NCBI RefSeq assembly: GCF_009914755.1
Contig: NC_060930.1
Direction: 5' to 3' (one strand)
DNA: 64,000 nt
Source: the human T2T-CHM13v2.0 reference genome, Homo sapiens
Under the pieces are notes generated by a model. That model had not been told where the DNA came from. It made no database searches and saw only the letters and a list, made by a program, of their open reading frames with translations. The position numbers were made by a program, and so were the translations under genes. Of the stretch, positions 1 to 17,330 are shown in pieces (within the stretch, counting starts at the first letter, position 1; the number at the start of each line of letters is the position of its first letter).

Positions 1-1511
1 CATCTGAGACTCAAGGCATGATCCATCCTTGGGCAGGTTCCCTTTCAGTTGTGAAATCAAAACAAGTCATATAATTCTAAAATACAGTGCTGGTACAGGA
101 ATAAGACAGACATTCCCTTGTCGAAAGGGAAAATAAACTAGAAGAAGGGGTTAATGGTCCCCAAGCAAGTCTTTAACACAGCAGGGCACATATTAAATTG
201 TAAAGCTAAAGAATACTCTTTTTTGGGTCCATGTTAAGCATTCTCTGCACAATGTGGGGAACACATTGAGCCACTCTGCCCCTATGGCTTTGCTGTGCTC
301 AGAACACACTTCAGCTTTCTCAGATTGGAATTGCTCATTGGTGCCTGCAGCTTTCCCAGGTGGGCACTGCACACTGCTGGTGTTTCTATAATTCTAGGAT
401 CTCAAAGGCAGCTCTGGCTCTCACCCCGTATTTTTACTCAACATTGCTGTAGTGGGGCTCTCAGCCATGGCTCTGTCCCTGTGACAAGTCTCTGCCTGGG
501 TCCCCATGCTTTTAGATACATCCTCTGAAGTCTAGGTGAAGGCCATAGTGGCCCTACAACTCTTGCATTCTGTATCCCTGCAGAATTAGCACCAGGTGGA
601 CACTGCCAAGGCTTATGGCTTTTGCTTTCTGGAGCAGTGAGGTAAGCTACACTTGGAGCCTCTTGAGCCAGTTGGAGTGGCTGAGGAATGATGCGCTCAC
701 ATGAAGGGAGCAGAGGAGTCCTGAGCAGCCCTGGGCAGCAAGCTGTGGAGAGTACCCTGGGCCTGTCCCCTGAAACTATTCTACCCTCCTTGGCCCCTGG
801 GCTTTTCATGAGAGGGGGCAGTCTTAAAAATATGCAAAATACTTTTCAAACATTCTCCTCATTGTCTTAATGAATAACATCTGACTCCCTTCTATCAGTG
901 CTAATCTCTTTAGCAAGCAGTTTTGCTGTTTACATGGCTAAGCAAGCTGCAAACTTTTCAAATCATTTTGCTGTGATTCCCTTTAATTATACATCTGTCT
1001 TTAAGTCATGTTTTTGCTCCTGAATTGGCCAAAAGTAACCACACAGCCAAAAGTAGCCAAACAGCATCATGAATGCTTTGCTCCTTAAAAATTTCTTCTA
1101 TAAGATATTTTACTTTATTATTGTCAAGTCTGGCCTTCTACACAGCCCTAGAGTATGGACACAGTTCCAGTAAGCTTTTTGCTACTTTATACCAAGTATG
1201 ACCTTTATTCCAGGTTCTGATACCTTGTTCCCCCTTTCTGTCTGAAACCTCATAACGGCCTTCATTGTCTATAAGTTTACTAGTATTTTGGCCATAATCA
1301 CTTAAATAATTTATAAAATGATTCAGACTTTCCCTAGTCTTCTCATCCTCTGATCCTTCACCAGAAGCACCCTTAACACTCTATTTACAGCAATATAAGA
1401 TTTTTTTTGCCTGCTCCTCCAAACCCTTCCAGCCTTTGTCCATTACCCATTTCCAAAGCCACTTGCACATTTTTAGGTTGAGCATCAGCCTCACTTCTTG
1501 TTACCAAAGCC
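1..1511 (-). mobile_element. MaLR (MST-family) internal sequence, truncated by window start
   Basis: Resembles MST/THE1-int; ends in ctcacttcttgttaccaa directly against an MST-type LTR. Confidence 0.7.
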
Positions 1512-1903
1512 TGTATTAGGGTTCTCCAGAGAGACAAAACCAATGGGATATACAGAAGGGGATTTGTTAGGGAAATTGGCTCACACAGTTATGGAGACTG
1601 AAAAGACCAAGGTCAAGGGTACGTATCTGGTGAGAATCTTCTCATTGTATCATAACATGGCAGATGGCATCACATGCTAAAAGAGCAAGAACAATAGCCA
1701 AACTGGATTTTATAACAGACCCACTCTTGACGACTATCCTATTCCTGTGATAAGCCATTAATCTGTGAATCCATGAGTAAATTAATCTATTCATGAGGGC
1801 TCTGCCTCTATTGTCCCTTAAAGGCCCCACTTCTTAATACTGTTACATTGGGGATGAAGTTTCAATATGGGTTTCAGAGGAGACAAACATTCAAACCATA
1901 GTG
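1512..1903 (-). mobile_element. MaLR LTR (MSTC/MSTD-like)
   Basis: Runs from tgtattag to cattaatc...attcatgagggc...aaggccccacttcttaatactgttacattgggg...acaaacattcaaaccatag, the reverse complement of an MST LTR. Confidence 0.75.
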
Positions 1904-2440
1904 ATGTCACTACAAAAAAATTAATGAAACACAAAGGAGTACAGTAAGAGAGCAAAATACAGATAAAAGTGCTATATGATATATAGAAAACAATAAAATG
2001 GCAATAGTAGGAGTTTATCTGTCAGTAGTTACTTTAGCCATAAATGAACTAAACTCAAACAAAAGACAAAGATTAGCTGACTGGATTTAAAAAATACTAT
2101 ATGCTGTCTACAAGAAGTACAAGGAGCCCACTCCAAATTTGTAGACACACATAGGATAAAATTAAAAGGATGGAAGAAAGTATTCCATGTGAATGGTAAC
2201 CAGATGAGAGCAGGGCTCATTATACTTATATCGGACAAATAAATTGTAAGTCAATAATTGTCACAAGGAACAAAGAAGGACAATATGTAATATTAAAAGA
2301 GTCAATTCACCAGAAAGATATAACAATTTTAAACATATATGTATTCAATCTTAGGGCTTTAAAATATATAAACAAATATTAATGGAACTGAAGGGAGAAA
2401 GACAGCAATACAACAATAGTAGGAGATTTTAATTCTCAGC

Positions 2441-2731
2441 TTTCTTTTTCTAGAGACAGAGTCTCACTCTGTCACTCAGGCTGGAGGGCAATGGTACAAT
2501 CTCAGCTCACTGCAATCTCCACTTCCCAGACTCAAGTGATTCTCCCACTTCAGCCTGCTGAGTAGCTGGGACTGCAGACATGCAACACCATACCCAGCTA
2601 ATTTTTTAACTTTTTGTACAGATGAAGTCTCGTATATTGCCCAGCTGGTCTTAAACTCTTGGGCTCAAGTGATCCTTCACCTGGGCCTCCCAAAGTGCTG
2701 GGATTATAGGCATGAGCCACCGTGCTCAGGA
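2441..2731 (-). mobile_element. AluJ-like SINE inside L1
   Basis: Full antisense dimer, diverged, with J-type gggctcaagtgatcct segment. Confidence 0.9.
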
Positions 2732-5142
2732 CCCAACTTTCAAAAATTGATAGAACATCCAGACAGAAGATCAATGAGAAGCGGATTGAACAACGTAGAC
2801 CAAATAAGCCTAACAAACATATGCAGAAAATTCCATCTAACAGCACCAGAATATGCATTCTTCTAATGCACACACATATATTATCCAGAATAGATCATAT
2901 GCTGTGTCACAAAACATGTTTTAACAAATTTAAAAATACAGAAATCATATCAAATATCTTTTCTGAACACAGTGGAATGAAACTATAAATCAATTACAAA
3001 AGGAAACTGGCAATTTCACCAATATGTGTACATTAAACAATAAATTCTTGAACAGTCCATGGGTCAAAGAAGAAATTATAAGGGATATTTGAAATGTTTC
3101 AAGATAAATGAAAATGTCTCAAGATGAAATAAAAAGACAACATATCCAAATTTATGGAATGCAACAAAAGTGGCAAGAGTTAAGTTTATAGTGGTAAGTG
3201 ACTACATTATAAAAGAAAAAAGATTTTAAGTAAACAACCTAACTTTACACCTCAGAAGTGGAAGAAGGAGAAAATACTAAGCCTAATGTTAGCAAAGAAA
3301 GGAAATAATAAAAATTAGAAAAAATAAATTAAATAGAAAGTAGAAAATTACTATAATAATTAATGAAACTAACAGCTGCTTTTTAAAGATCAATAAAATT
3401 TACAAACCTTTGGCTAGAATAACTAAGAAAAAAGAGAGAAGACTCATAAATAATATTGTAAATAAAAAAGGAGCTATTGCAATCAAAGAGGCAGGAACAA
3501 TAAAGATTTGCAGGCTATTCTGTATAATTATACACTAACAAATTGGATAACCTAGAAGAAATGTATAAATTCTCAGAAATACACAACCTACCAAGACTGA
3601 ATCAAGAAGAAATACAGAATCTGAACAGATCTGTAACTAGTAAGGAGATTAAATCAATGATCAGAAACTTCCCAAAAAAGAAAATCCCAGGATCAGAAAA
3701 CTTCACTGGAGAATTCTGCCAACATTTAATAGAAAAAAAAATGCCAATTCTTCTCAAACTTTTGCAAAAAATTGAAGAGGACGAAGCATTTCAAACTCAT
3801 TTTATGAGTCCAGCATTTTCCTGATACCAAAATGAGATAAAGATATTACAACGAACACACACACTTTCAAACAAGCTACAGGCCACTATCTCTGATGAAT
3901 GTAAATGCAAAAGTTGTCAATAAAAAATAGCAAACTGAATTCAACAGTGCATTAAAAGGATCACACACTGTGACCAAGTTGAATTTATCTCTGGAATGAT
4001 GAATGGTTTAACATATGAATATCAATCAATGTGATACACTATATTAACAGAACAAGGGATAAGATCACATGATAATCTCTATAAATGCTGAACAATCATT
4101 TGACAAAGTTTAATACCCTTTCGTAATAAAAATACTCAACAAACTATGAATAGAAGGCATGTACCTCAACACAATAATAAAGGTCACATATCAAAAGCTA
4201 ACAGATAACATCATACTCAATGGTAAAAACTGAAAGCTTTTCCTCCAAGATCAGGAACTAGGTAAGAATGTCCATTCTTGCCATTTCTCATCAACGTATT
4301 ACTAGAAGTCTTTGCTAGAACAATTATGCAAGAATAAGAAATAAAAAGCACTGAAATCAGCAAGGAAGAGGGAAAATTATCTCTATTCCCAGATATAATA
4401 ATCTTATATGTAGAAAATTCTAAAAATCACACAAGGAAACTGTTGCAACTAGTAAGTTCATCAAAATTGCAGAACATAAAATCGAAATGCAAAAATCAGT
4501 TATGTTTCTATACAATAGCAGCAAACTCTCTGAAAAAGACATTACAATCCCACTTACAATATTATCAAAAATGACTAAAATGTTTAGTAATAAGCTTAAC
4601 CAAGGAGGCTAACGACTTATACACTGAAAACCATAAAAGCATTACCAAAAAATAATTTTAAAAGACACAAATAAATAGAAAGATAATTCTGTTTTCATGG
4701 GTTAGAAAACTCGATATTGTTAAAATGTGCACACTGCTGAAAGCAATTTATAGATCCTATACAATCTTACCAAAATTATGATGTCATTTTTTTCAGAAAT
4801 AGAAAAAAAATCTGAGAACCATGGATACTTAGAAAATCTGGAGAAAGAAGAGCAAAGTAGAGGGTCTCATGCTTCCTGACTTCAAAACATATTCCAAAGC
4901 CATTGTAATAGAAACAGTTTAGCACTGGCATAAAGACAGATATATGAACTTACAAACCAGCATAGCGAGCCCAGAAATAAGCCCACACATACATTGTAAA
5001 ATAATATACAAAGCACAAAGACTATGGACAGGATAGTCTCTTCAACAATTGTGTTGGGAAAACTAGATAGCCATATTCAAAGGACTGAAATTAGACCCTA
5101 CTCAAAAAATCAAGTCAAAATGAATTAAAAATTAAAGATCTG

Positions 5143-5486
<344 letters not shown>

Positions 5487-7769
5487 TTATACCATTGGTT
5501 TTGGCAATAATTTCTTGTATACGACACCAAAGAACAGGCAGTAAAAGCAACAAAAAATAGATAAGTGGAACTACATAAAATTAAAAACTGATGCACAGAA
5601 AATAAATAAAAAGAAAAAACAGAGTGTAAAAGCAAACCATGAAATGGGAGAGAATATTTGCAAACCATATATCTGATAATGGGTTAGTATTCAAAATATA
5701 TAAGGAACACCTACAACTCAATAGCAAAAAACTAACCCAATTAAAAATGGACAATGGACCTGATGGATATCTCTCCAAAGAAGATGTAAAAACAGCCAAC
5801 AGATACATGAAGAGTGCTTAACATCATTAGTAATTAGGGAAATGCAAACCAAACCACATGAGCTATCATCTTACACCTGGTAGGATGACCATTATGAAAC
5901 AAAAGAAAGAGAATTAAAAAAAAAAAAAGTGTTGAAAGGGATGTGGAGAAACTAGAACCTTTGTACAGCCACTGTGAAAAAATGTTTGGAAGTTCCTCAA
6001 AAAAATTAAAAATAAAACTATACGATCCAGTAATCCCACTTTTAGATACTTTTCCAAAATATTTGAAAACAGGAACTCAAAGAGATATTTGCACTCTCAT
6101 GTTTATTGTAGCCTTATTTACAATAGTCAAGAGGTGGAAACAAATGAAATATATAATGACAGATGATTCAATAAAATGTGGCATGTACATATCATGGAAT
6201 ATTATTCAGCATTACAAAAGAAGAAAATCTTATAATATGCTGCAACATAGACAAACCTTGAGGACCTTATACTAAATAAAATAAACCAGTCACAGAATGA
6301 CAAATACTGCATGAATATACTTCTATGAAGTATCTAAAGTAGTCAGTCATAGAAGCAGGAAGCAGAACGGCAGCTGCCAGGTCCTGGGAGTAAGAGTAAG
6401 AGGAAAGTTGCATTTCAGTGGGTATAGAGTTTAAAGCATGCAAGATGAAAAAGCTCTAAAGATCTGATGTACAATAATATGCATATAATGAACAATATTG
6501 TACTGTTCACTTAAATATGTGTTAGGTCCATGTTATGTGATTTTTACCACATTTTTTTGAAAGCAAGTTGCTAAAGAATTTGCCAAATGGAATTATAGTG
6601 ACACGAGTTCAAATAAAATTAAAAAACGAGAAACAGTAGAGTTTACTTAATTTGTTAATATATCCATATTATCATTTTAGGGAATTTTTACTAAAGCAGA
6701 GTATATAAACTATCTTTTTTTGTTCTAATGATCCATTTGTTTTAGTTTGTTTCCCATTTTTATGTAGCTAGACTGCCAGTTAATCTCCTAAAATTATTGG
6801 CACCATATTTCCCATTTTTTCTGGCTTTTTTATTAGTAACTGGGATCCTTGCAGCTGTATCTATGTGATGCCAAACAATTAGGTTGATCAATTCTGTGAC
6901 AACAAGCCATCTGGTTACTTTAGTGAATAGGCCCTTACTTACCTTTCATAAGTTGATTCTATTCTCCTTTGTGCCTTCTCTTTAAATTACCATTATCCTG
7001 TAACCATAAATTAAAAATACAGCATCGCTTTTAAAACATCCTGAAGTAATTTTTAACACTACAAAAGAGAAGAAATTTCCTTTGTTTGGTGTTCTTTGAC
7101 CCTAATTAGCATTTAGGAACAAACTACACTTGCAAAATTATTTTCGATTGGTAGAGGGAAGAAAAGGGTCTTTTTATTACTATGTATTTGTAATTACTTT
7201 TGTCACTTATGTTATTCTTGTGTCTAAATTCAACTCTAGATTTATTCTCTGTTGATATTTTTTATCACTTGAGAATATTTTAGTTTTTCAACCTCTATAT
7301 GGCGGGCTATCACTCCAAATTTAGGTTAAACTGTAGGTTGATTTAAAAATCTGGCTATGATGCAGAAAAATTCGGGCAACTTACCTAGAAAAAAAAAAGT
7401 AGTTATATTTCAGTACTTCTTTTACCTAATCAGCCATTTTAAAATAATTTTGTTCATTATCAATATGGAGGAAATTATTTATATGCAGGGAAGTTATTTA
7501 TATGCAGAGCTGTTAATGGCAGCAATCTGCATGACAAATTTCTACTTAATAAGCAATGAAATAGTTGGATAAATGTGTATTTCTACATGGGTGAATTTCC
7601 CAAAATTCACACTTCAAAGACAGTTGCTGACATTTTTTCAATGAGAGATTTTATTAGATAATGAGTCATCTTAGAGTTATCTTGTAAGTATTCTTTAGTC
7701 TTAATTTAAATTTAAATGAAAGTCAATTCAAAGTGTTGTATTTTCTTAAATAAATTTTGTTTTATAAAC

Positions 7770-8760
<991 letters not shown>

Positions 8761-9902
8761 ATTAAAGATTTAATGTAGATAAATGAAAGAAAATTAGGAA
8801 TTAAGGTACAAAAATTATTTATAGTGTTTATTATTGGTCTATGTTTACATAGTATTTCTTTGTCTCCATTAGTGTGTCATACAAATACCCAACTAGAAAC
8901 ATGACTTTACAAATGGTGTATCTGATCTTTTATGTCCCTAGTTATTATTTTAGCCCTGTCTTTTTTTTTAATAAAACATATTCTGCTTTTTCTTGTCCTC
9001 ATCCTTCTATGAGTTGAATTAGTGACTCTACTCCAAAGTAATGGTGTTGCTTTCTCAGACCATATGGTGATACAAAGGCATATGAGTTATCATAAGCATG
9101 GTCTGTGTAGGCAAAGCATGTAACTCCACAAATGCTTCTTGAGAGATTCTAATATAATCTGTGCCAGACCTGCACAAGGCATAGAGAATAAAAATTTGCA
9201 CCCCACACAGTCACTCCTCATTCATTCATTCAACAATAATCAAGTACCTGGTAATGCTAATGCAGTGTACTATAATTCCATATACATAAACTAATATTTT
9301 TAAGATACATGAAGGTTATGTTATAACTAATAGTCAATGTATTTTTAAAATTACTGTAATCAAATTGTAATTGTAATTAAGTATTTTCTTAATCAACAGA
9401 AACTAAAAGTATAATTTCCATCAACTCCTTTTAAGTATAAATGTAATTAAATGCCTGGCACATTCTTCACATTATATAAGGATCTTTATACTTAAGACAT
9501 TTGGGAAACCCTACTTAGGCTTATCATTGACAAAACATTTTCAAAATCTTTTCATTTGGTCCTCACCACAATACTGTTAAAAAGACAGCCTAAGCTGTTT
9601 TGTGCTTCCTCCCTAGTTGGGCATCCCTGTGCAATGAGAGGGACAAACAAGGTGGTTTTAAGGTCAGAAACATCCAATTGCAGCATCATTGGGAAATTTG
9701 TAAGAGCAGCTTTTATAAAATGTCACCAACTCATGTATCTTTAAAAGATGTGCTGAATCTTATGCCTTGAGATTTTTCTTAGTTTCCTTATTTTCTATTC
9801 CCCTCCCACTTTCTCTTTGTCCCTTGGTGGCTTCATTAATCCCATATTACAATACAAAGTAAATAATAGTGCTCTGAAGTGCTTCCTATTTGTTCAGGAT
9901 GA

Positions 9903-10219
<317 letters not shown>

Positions 10220-10322
10220 AAAAACTGCAATTTTATCTTAGGGGACAGGTAAGCATAAAAACATCCAAAATCATGTATTTATGTTTAGGCTCTGCTTGTA
10301 GAGTGATACCAAATTCCAGGTG

Positions 10323-10539
<217 letters not shown>

Positions 10540-11046
10540 TGAAGATTAGTGAAGGATTCTTTTCATTAGCAAAGTAACTTTTCTTATTTCAAATTTAACA
10601 CATCTATTTATAAAAGTTATAGAATTTAAATTTTAAAATATGAATGAAGAAAAACAAAATCAGCATAACATAGTAATACATATAATTGATATGTACTATT
10701 CTGTTACTTGGATTCATTACTTAACCCTTGCAGTATTCTATGATTTTTTTTTAATCCATGTGTTACAGTTAGGGCTTAGAAAGATTTAAGCACCTAGCCA
10801 AAATTATGCATTATGTTAAGTGGTTGATATCCACTTATTGACAAATATGTATTGATTGAGAATTAGTCATGGAGATATCAATGGGTTATTTTGATTACTT
10901 TTTCCATTACTCCCAAGTGGTCAGGATTAGTTTTAGATTATTTAAGTAGGTTGGCTGAGTTCACAAAAGCTATTACTATGGGGACCTTAATTGAAATCTA
11001 ACTCTATCCAATTCTATTTCTTTTCCCTATCCCTCGAATGGGTGTA

Positions 11047-11063
11047 TGTGTGTGTGTGTGTGT
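11047..11063. repeat. (TG)n microsatellite
   Basis: Direct read, ~8 units. Confidence 0.9.
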
Positions 11064-12684
11064 TTGCACACATAAAAACCTGTTCTAATTTTATGCAACA
11101 TGGAAAGCATTAATGTTTAACATGTATGTTTGAACAGGGAATTTTGTACTGCATTAAAGATTATTCCTGTGTATTACATACAATCAAATATTTGACTATT
11201 GACTGTCTTAGTATGTTCATCTAATTGTTTCCTATTCCCATGAAAACTGTATCAGTCTGAGAACAGCTACTATATGATATGCATCACTAGTCTCCCCATG
11301 GTGCATAATACTTGATATAAATTAGATGCTGTTGGTTATACTTGGCGGGGGGAAAGGGGACACTAAAAAGGAAGAGTCAATTTCTACTGTGAACAAAGCA
11401 AAAAGCAAAAGGAGAGATAAATGGAATTAAATTAAAAATGAAATTGAGAGTGTAGATAAATCTATGTAATGAAGATGCTAGTAACATAGGAAGAGAAATA
11501 AGATAGGGTATAACAGTGATTATTTTTCCTAATAAGTAGTGTCATGGCAGTTGGAAGACAAGAGATTATCCAAGCACTGGTTATAGTCTGAAAGATGAGG
11601 TGGTAGCTTACTTGTTTGGGCCTCAGGCATTGCAGTACAAACAGACAGTGAGGGAGGAGTCAATTAAGACTTATACAAATGCAGAAGTCATGGTTGAGGT
11701 AGTGAGAGGATTTCCAGGACAGTGATGAATAACAGAACCTCAGCAGAAGGAGCATGTGGACCCAAAGCATCATACGAATAATGATAGGACCAAGGGAAAA
11801 GAAGTCAAGCGGAATGGGGATAGACAAAAGTTTTGAAATTTATGTGTAAGAGTTGAATGAAGAAAGTTATTAATAAGACTTACACAACAAAGAATTTCTA
11901 CATAGAAGTTGAAAAGACAGCAACAGAGTTTAGAGTTTAGGAAAAAAAATTAAATATTAAATTTTAATATGTAATATTGTAGGATTTGAATACCTTAAAG
12001 CTGAAATTCAGTTTTTGATGCTGCTTCTTAGCATCTTTGTCTTGACATGTATATCAAAATGTAAGAATGTCTGTATCTTACAATCTGTGATTCTTGAGAA
12101 GTCAATGCCATATTATTCACTACATTCATTCTTTCTTATTGGAACCATAATACTTTCTTCAATAATAATGTCAGTAGACATTCTAAATAAATAAAAAATA
12201 TCCAATAACATGCCCCAATGTTTCACAGGTATCACACCAATAGCCCCTGAGATATTGTCACATTCCATTTATCTGCAGAAGTCTTATTCAACTTTCTGTA
12301 TTAAGTACCAAGAAATTTCTTAGGCAATTAGTAAGTTCACTTGTATTCTTAAAACTTCACAGAATGAAAAATTAAAAATTTTAATCTCTTTTTCTAGAAC
12401 AATTGTTTTACAAAGACTTTTCAAGGTTTTTTAATCCTATTTTTTGACAAAATAACATATTTTAATGAAAGTAAACATGTAGAAATGACTTAACCAAAAC
12501 TAGCTATTGACAACTTTTCAGCACTTTTTTTTGGGTGAATTCAGGAACAAACTTTGTATTCATTTTATTAATCCACTAAGTAGGGTTGCTTCACTTCCTT
12601 GGTTACTGTGCATGTGGACGAGGCTGATTTTCATGGTGGGATGTTAAAAGGAGGGATTTTTGCAAATCAAACCACAGAACCATC

Positions 12685-13540
12685 ACCTCACACTTGTTAG
12701 GATAACAAACATTAGCAAAACCAAAGATGACAAATGCTAGCAAGGATGTGGAGAAATTGGAACTCCTGTATATGCTGACAGAAATATAAAATGATGCAGC
12801 CACTATAAAAATTTTTTGTTTTTGAGAATGTGTCTTGCTATGTTGTCCAAGCTGGCATCAAACTCCAAGACTCAAGTGATCCTTTCACCTCAGCCTCCTG
12901 AAGAGCTGGAACTATAGGCATGAACCACTGTGCTGGCTTGGAATATTTTTATTTTCCTCAAAAAATCAAAAATAGAATCACCATATGAGCCAGCAATTCC
13001 ATTTTTGGGTATATATCCAAAATAATTTAAATCAAAATGTTGAAGAGATATCTGCACTCTCACATTCATTGCAGTAGTCTTCACAAAACAACCTAAATGT
13101 CCATCCATGGATTAATGGGTAAAGAAAATATGGTCTACACATACAATGGAATATTATTCAGCCTTAAAAAAGAAGGGTATCTTTCTGAATGCAACATCAT
13201 AGATGAACCTGCAGGACGTTATGCTAGGTGGAATAAGCCAGGTATAGAAGGACAATTATTGCATGATTCTACTTACATTAGGTATTTGAAATAGTCAAAC
13301 TCATGGAAACAGAGACTAGAATGGTAGTTGCCAGGGGCTGGGAGGAGGCAGAAATGAGGAACTGCTGTCCAATGAGTATGTAGTTTGAATTATGAAAAAA
13401 TGAATAGGTTCTAGAGATCTGCTGTACAACATTGTGCCTACAGTTAATGATGCAGTATTATGCACTTAAACATTTATCAAGAGAGGAGATGCCATGTTGA
13501 GTGCTCTTTTCACAATGAAAGTACAGTAAAATGAAATGAA
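12685..13540 (+). mobile_element. L1MB-like 3' fragment containing an antisense FLAM
   Basis: caaatgctagcaaggatgtggagaaattggaac...ttctagagatctgctgtacaacattgtgcctacagttaa are L1M 3' motifs. Confidence 0.85.
12811..12938 (-). mobile_element. FLAM / Alu left-type monomer
   Basis: ~130-bp monomer lacking the right-arm insertion. Confidence 0.8.
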
Positions 13541-16500
13541 ATATACAGCAGGCTTTACACACACCGCTTCACAGGCAAAAACTACTTGGGAAACAAAATG
13601 GAAGGTCCCCAGAGTCGTGAGGGAAGTAAGGTATGGTACAGGGTCAAAATGGCTGTACCTGGAGCTCTCTGACTGGTCAGGCACCAACCAGCAATACTCT
13701 CATGCCTTAATTATAGTTTACTGCTGAGATAATTGAGAATGAGAGCTCATATTTACTAACCAGGATATGAATAGACTGAGAACTTTAAATAACTTTCCTT
13801 TAATTCCATAAAAATCTCCATTCTGTTTTAAAGTCTTTAGTACAGATTTTAGATGTAATAAACTGCTAAGATTTGAGCAACAACTATAAGCATAATAAAT
13901 GGTTTGCTTTATGGGCAGTTTTACACTAATGCCTCTAATAATAATAACAGTAGCAATAACAAAAATGACAGGATTCTTAGGACTTCATTACTCAGAGCAT
14001 AATCCCTAGAAAGCAGCAGTCATTATCTAACCCAGAAACTCCCAAGAGTTTGCTTAACACTTTAAAATGTATAATCTAAATTAAAGAAAATATGAGTAAA
14101 TGGTATTGTTTCCCCTGAATTGAAGTAATATGGGATGTGTTGAAAGAATACATCAAGACATTTTTCACTGTCACCTAGCCTGATGACTGACATAGATTAA
14201 TTACTACATAAATTTCCTCTTCCATTTAATACTGATAAACAGATTTATGGGACTTAAACCACAGTACACAGTTTTGTATTTTGTACGAAATGGATAATCA
14301 CATTTTAAAACATGTGTAAGGCATATTTGCAAACTTGAAACGTCGTCTTCCATAAATATATGCTGAACGAATGAATTAATGAATAAAAATTGAGGCAAAA
14401 ACTCAGGTGTGGCTCAGTCATCTGAATGTTATTATCCAATGAAACAGGTCAAAGATTTTTTTTTTTTTTTACGGTTCATTTCTAGCCAATAAGACCAAGG
14501 TTCATTCACTTCACCTCTGTATAGAATCCTTTGTTGGGGGCTGCGAGGAGGCAGTAAGAAGTATCACATCTAATCTTTTCCATAATTAGCCAAGTTAGTT
14601 GGTACTTCCCATAACTCTGATACCCATAGGCCCTTGCTATTTCTAGACTTGAGTGTCATTCAGAAATATGGTTTAGGCGAGCACTAGGAAAGATACACAG
14701 TTTTTCTAAAACACATTATCCAATCAATATTCTACTTATAAAAGTCAACTACACACACTTCAGTCATGAGGTAAAAAAATGAAATTTATACATAACACTC
14801 ACTTATGTTTATCACTCACTTATATTTATAATAATAGACATACAGGTATTCTATTAAAGGAACTTTTTAATGTTTGACCAGAAAAAATTTCAATATCCCT
14901 TTTTATTAAGTTTAAGTTACTGTAATGAAATTAAACATGTGAAGGGAGACTAATACTCTCTTTTAAGAGAAGTAAGAATGAAATATCCATATAAAATACA
15001 CTGCATTATTCTCTTTGTTTCAATGGCAAATAGAATCAAAAGGAATAACCCACTTTATTTAACGGAATATCTGAAAGTGTTCCACTTATTTATTTCTAAT
15101 TTTAACTATGGAAAGTACTTGCATTTTTTTTTAGGAAAGAAAGCCAAGATTTTATAAAGTAAAAATCTGCTTTGTGTGCCTTTCCAAATTAGAAGAGAAA
15201 TGTATCATCTTAATACAGCAGATTCAGTTATTATAAAGACCTACTCCATCCAAAAAATTGAGTGAAATAAAAAGAAATTGACTTACTTGTTAAAGAGAAA
15301 AGATTGCCAAGGCTTGCAGACTTGTGAGGTGGTTAAATAACAAACTAAAGACTAGCGAATATGAGCTATTTTGTTTGACGTGCCTTCCATTTAATAAATG
15401 CTGTATCAATCTAGCTGTTTCTCTATTTTTAATCATACATTTTGTTGTTGCTCTAAATTTAATCTTACCTTATACATTGTATAATAGATGTCCCTTAAAT
15501 ACATCAAATTTAACGTGTTCCAAAGAAAACTCATAATCTCCTCATCTCCATCCACCTCACTCCTCCTGCTGTGATCAGTCTCTCCGTTTTTGTTCATTGT
15601 CCATCATCTTCTACAGAACAGATGTGTCCTAACCCACTTTCCTAAACACATTTTTGTATACAAAATAATTTCCTTTTTTTAATTTCAGAACTCTATTCTG
15701 ACAAACATTTGGCTTCAACCTGTAATTAAAAACTTAACAATACTTAATAGTTGCCTCAAAGAGCATCCCCTCTTTGTCAATGTGAGACTATTTACATTAA
15801 TTTACATGTAATTCAGTTTCATACTCATTCACTGGGGTGTGAATATTAGTCAAACGGGCAATTAATTAATACAATCTTTATATATTCACTTATTAAAATG
15901 CACCACACAATTCCTAATTTATTGAGAGTTCTCACTAAATCTATGGGATGTAAATTTTGAAACAGCTGCAGCTGTTTATGCCATTGCTCTTGTTGTCCAA
16001 TAGAGCCAAGTGGACATTCTTTTTTGTTGTTGTTCTTTCCTTGAATAGAGTCGAAATTATGAATCTAACTTTCTCCGACATGTTGTCTAAAAGGATATCA
16101 TCTTACCTTACTCAGTGTGAGCCCTAAAACTAGGAAATGTTTATCAATCTCTGATTGCAGATCAAGTTTAACTATCAAATACAGATTAACTTTTCAGCAA
16201 AAATTTGTTAAATATTCAGAGATAGAAATCTTGATGTTGGATGACAAAGATCACTTGTGAAGAACTTTATTAAGTTTTATTTGGTTGAAAAATCTATAAT
16301 TTTTAGTGAACAACTATCATCCATTATGTTCCAAGCTTTGTGACAACTGTTTTTATGTCCATTAAAACAGTCCTATAAAATAGGTACAAGTATCTCAATC
16401 TTATACATGTCAAAACTAAAGCACAGAGATGCTAAATAACTTGACTAAACAAGATATTGAAGGTGAAGTCTGAGATAGATTTTTAACTCCGAAGTGCATA

Positions 16501-16706
16501 AACTTTACCTCTATATTATCTGTCTTCAAAAAGAATGATTTTAAAGATTAGGCTTTTTTATTTCAGAAGAAAATATTTTTACACAATTCTAGATTCTTAA
16601 CAGTAATTTGAAGGAATGAATGTCTGATGATTCAAGAAAAGTGAGGTACATTTTAAAGGAAAAGTGACAGACAAAAAATGGATTTTTGAAAAATGAATAA
16701 AGCTGC

Positions 16707-17049
<343 letters not shown>

Positions 17050-17063
17050 TGAACGTCAAAAAT

Positions 17064-17330
17064 TCTGAGGCAAGAAGGAAATTGAGCCCAGGAGTTTGAG
17101 ACCAGCCTGGACAAAATGGCAAGACCCCATCTTTACAAAAACAAAAATAAAATAACACTAGCCAGGCATGGTGGTGCACACCTATAGTTGTAGCTACTTG
17201 GGAAGCTGAGGTGGAAGGATTACTTGAGTACAGAGAAGAGGTTACAATGAGGGAGGATCGTGCCACTGCACTCTAGCCTGGGCAAAAGAGCAAGACCCTG
17301 TCTCTAAAGAATAACAAATAAATAAATAAA
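17064..17330 (+). mobile_element. AluJ-like, 5'-truncated, (AAAT)n tail
   Basis: ttgagcccaggagtttgagaccagcc...gcctgggcaaaagagcaagaccctgtctc. Confidence 0.88.

Noticed and set aside
295-870. Three overlapping ORFs up to 123 aa in GC-richer sequence
   Set aside because: Lie within the MaLR internal region; no recognisable domain or splice support.
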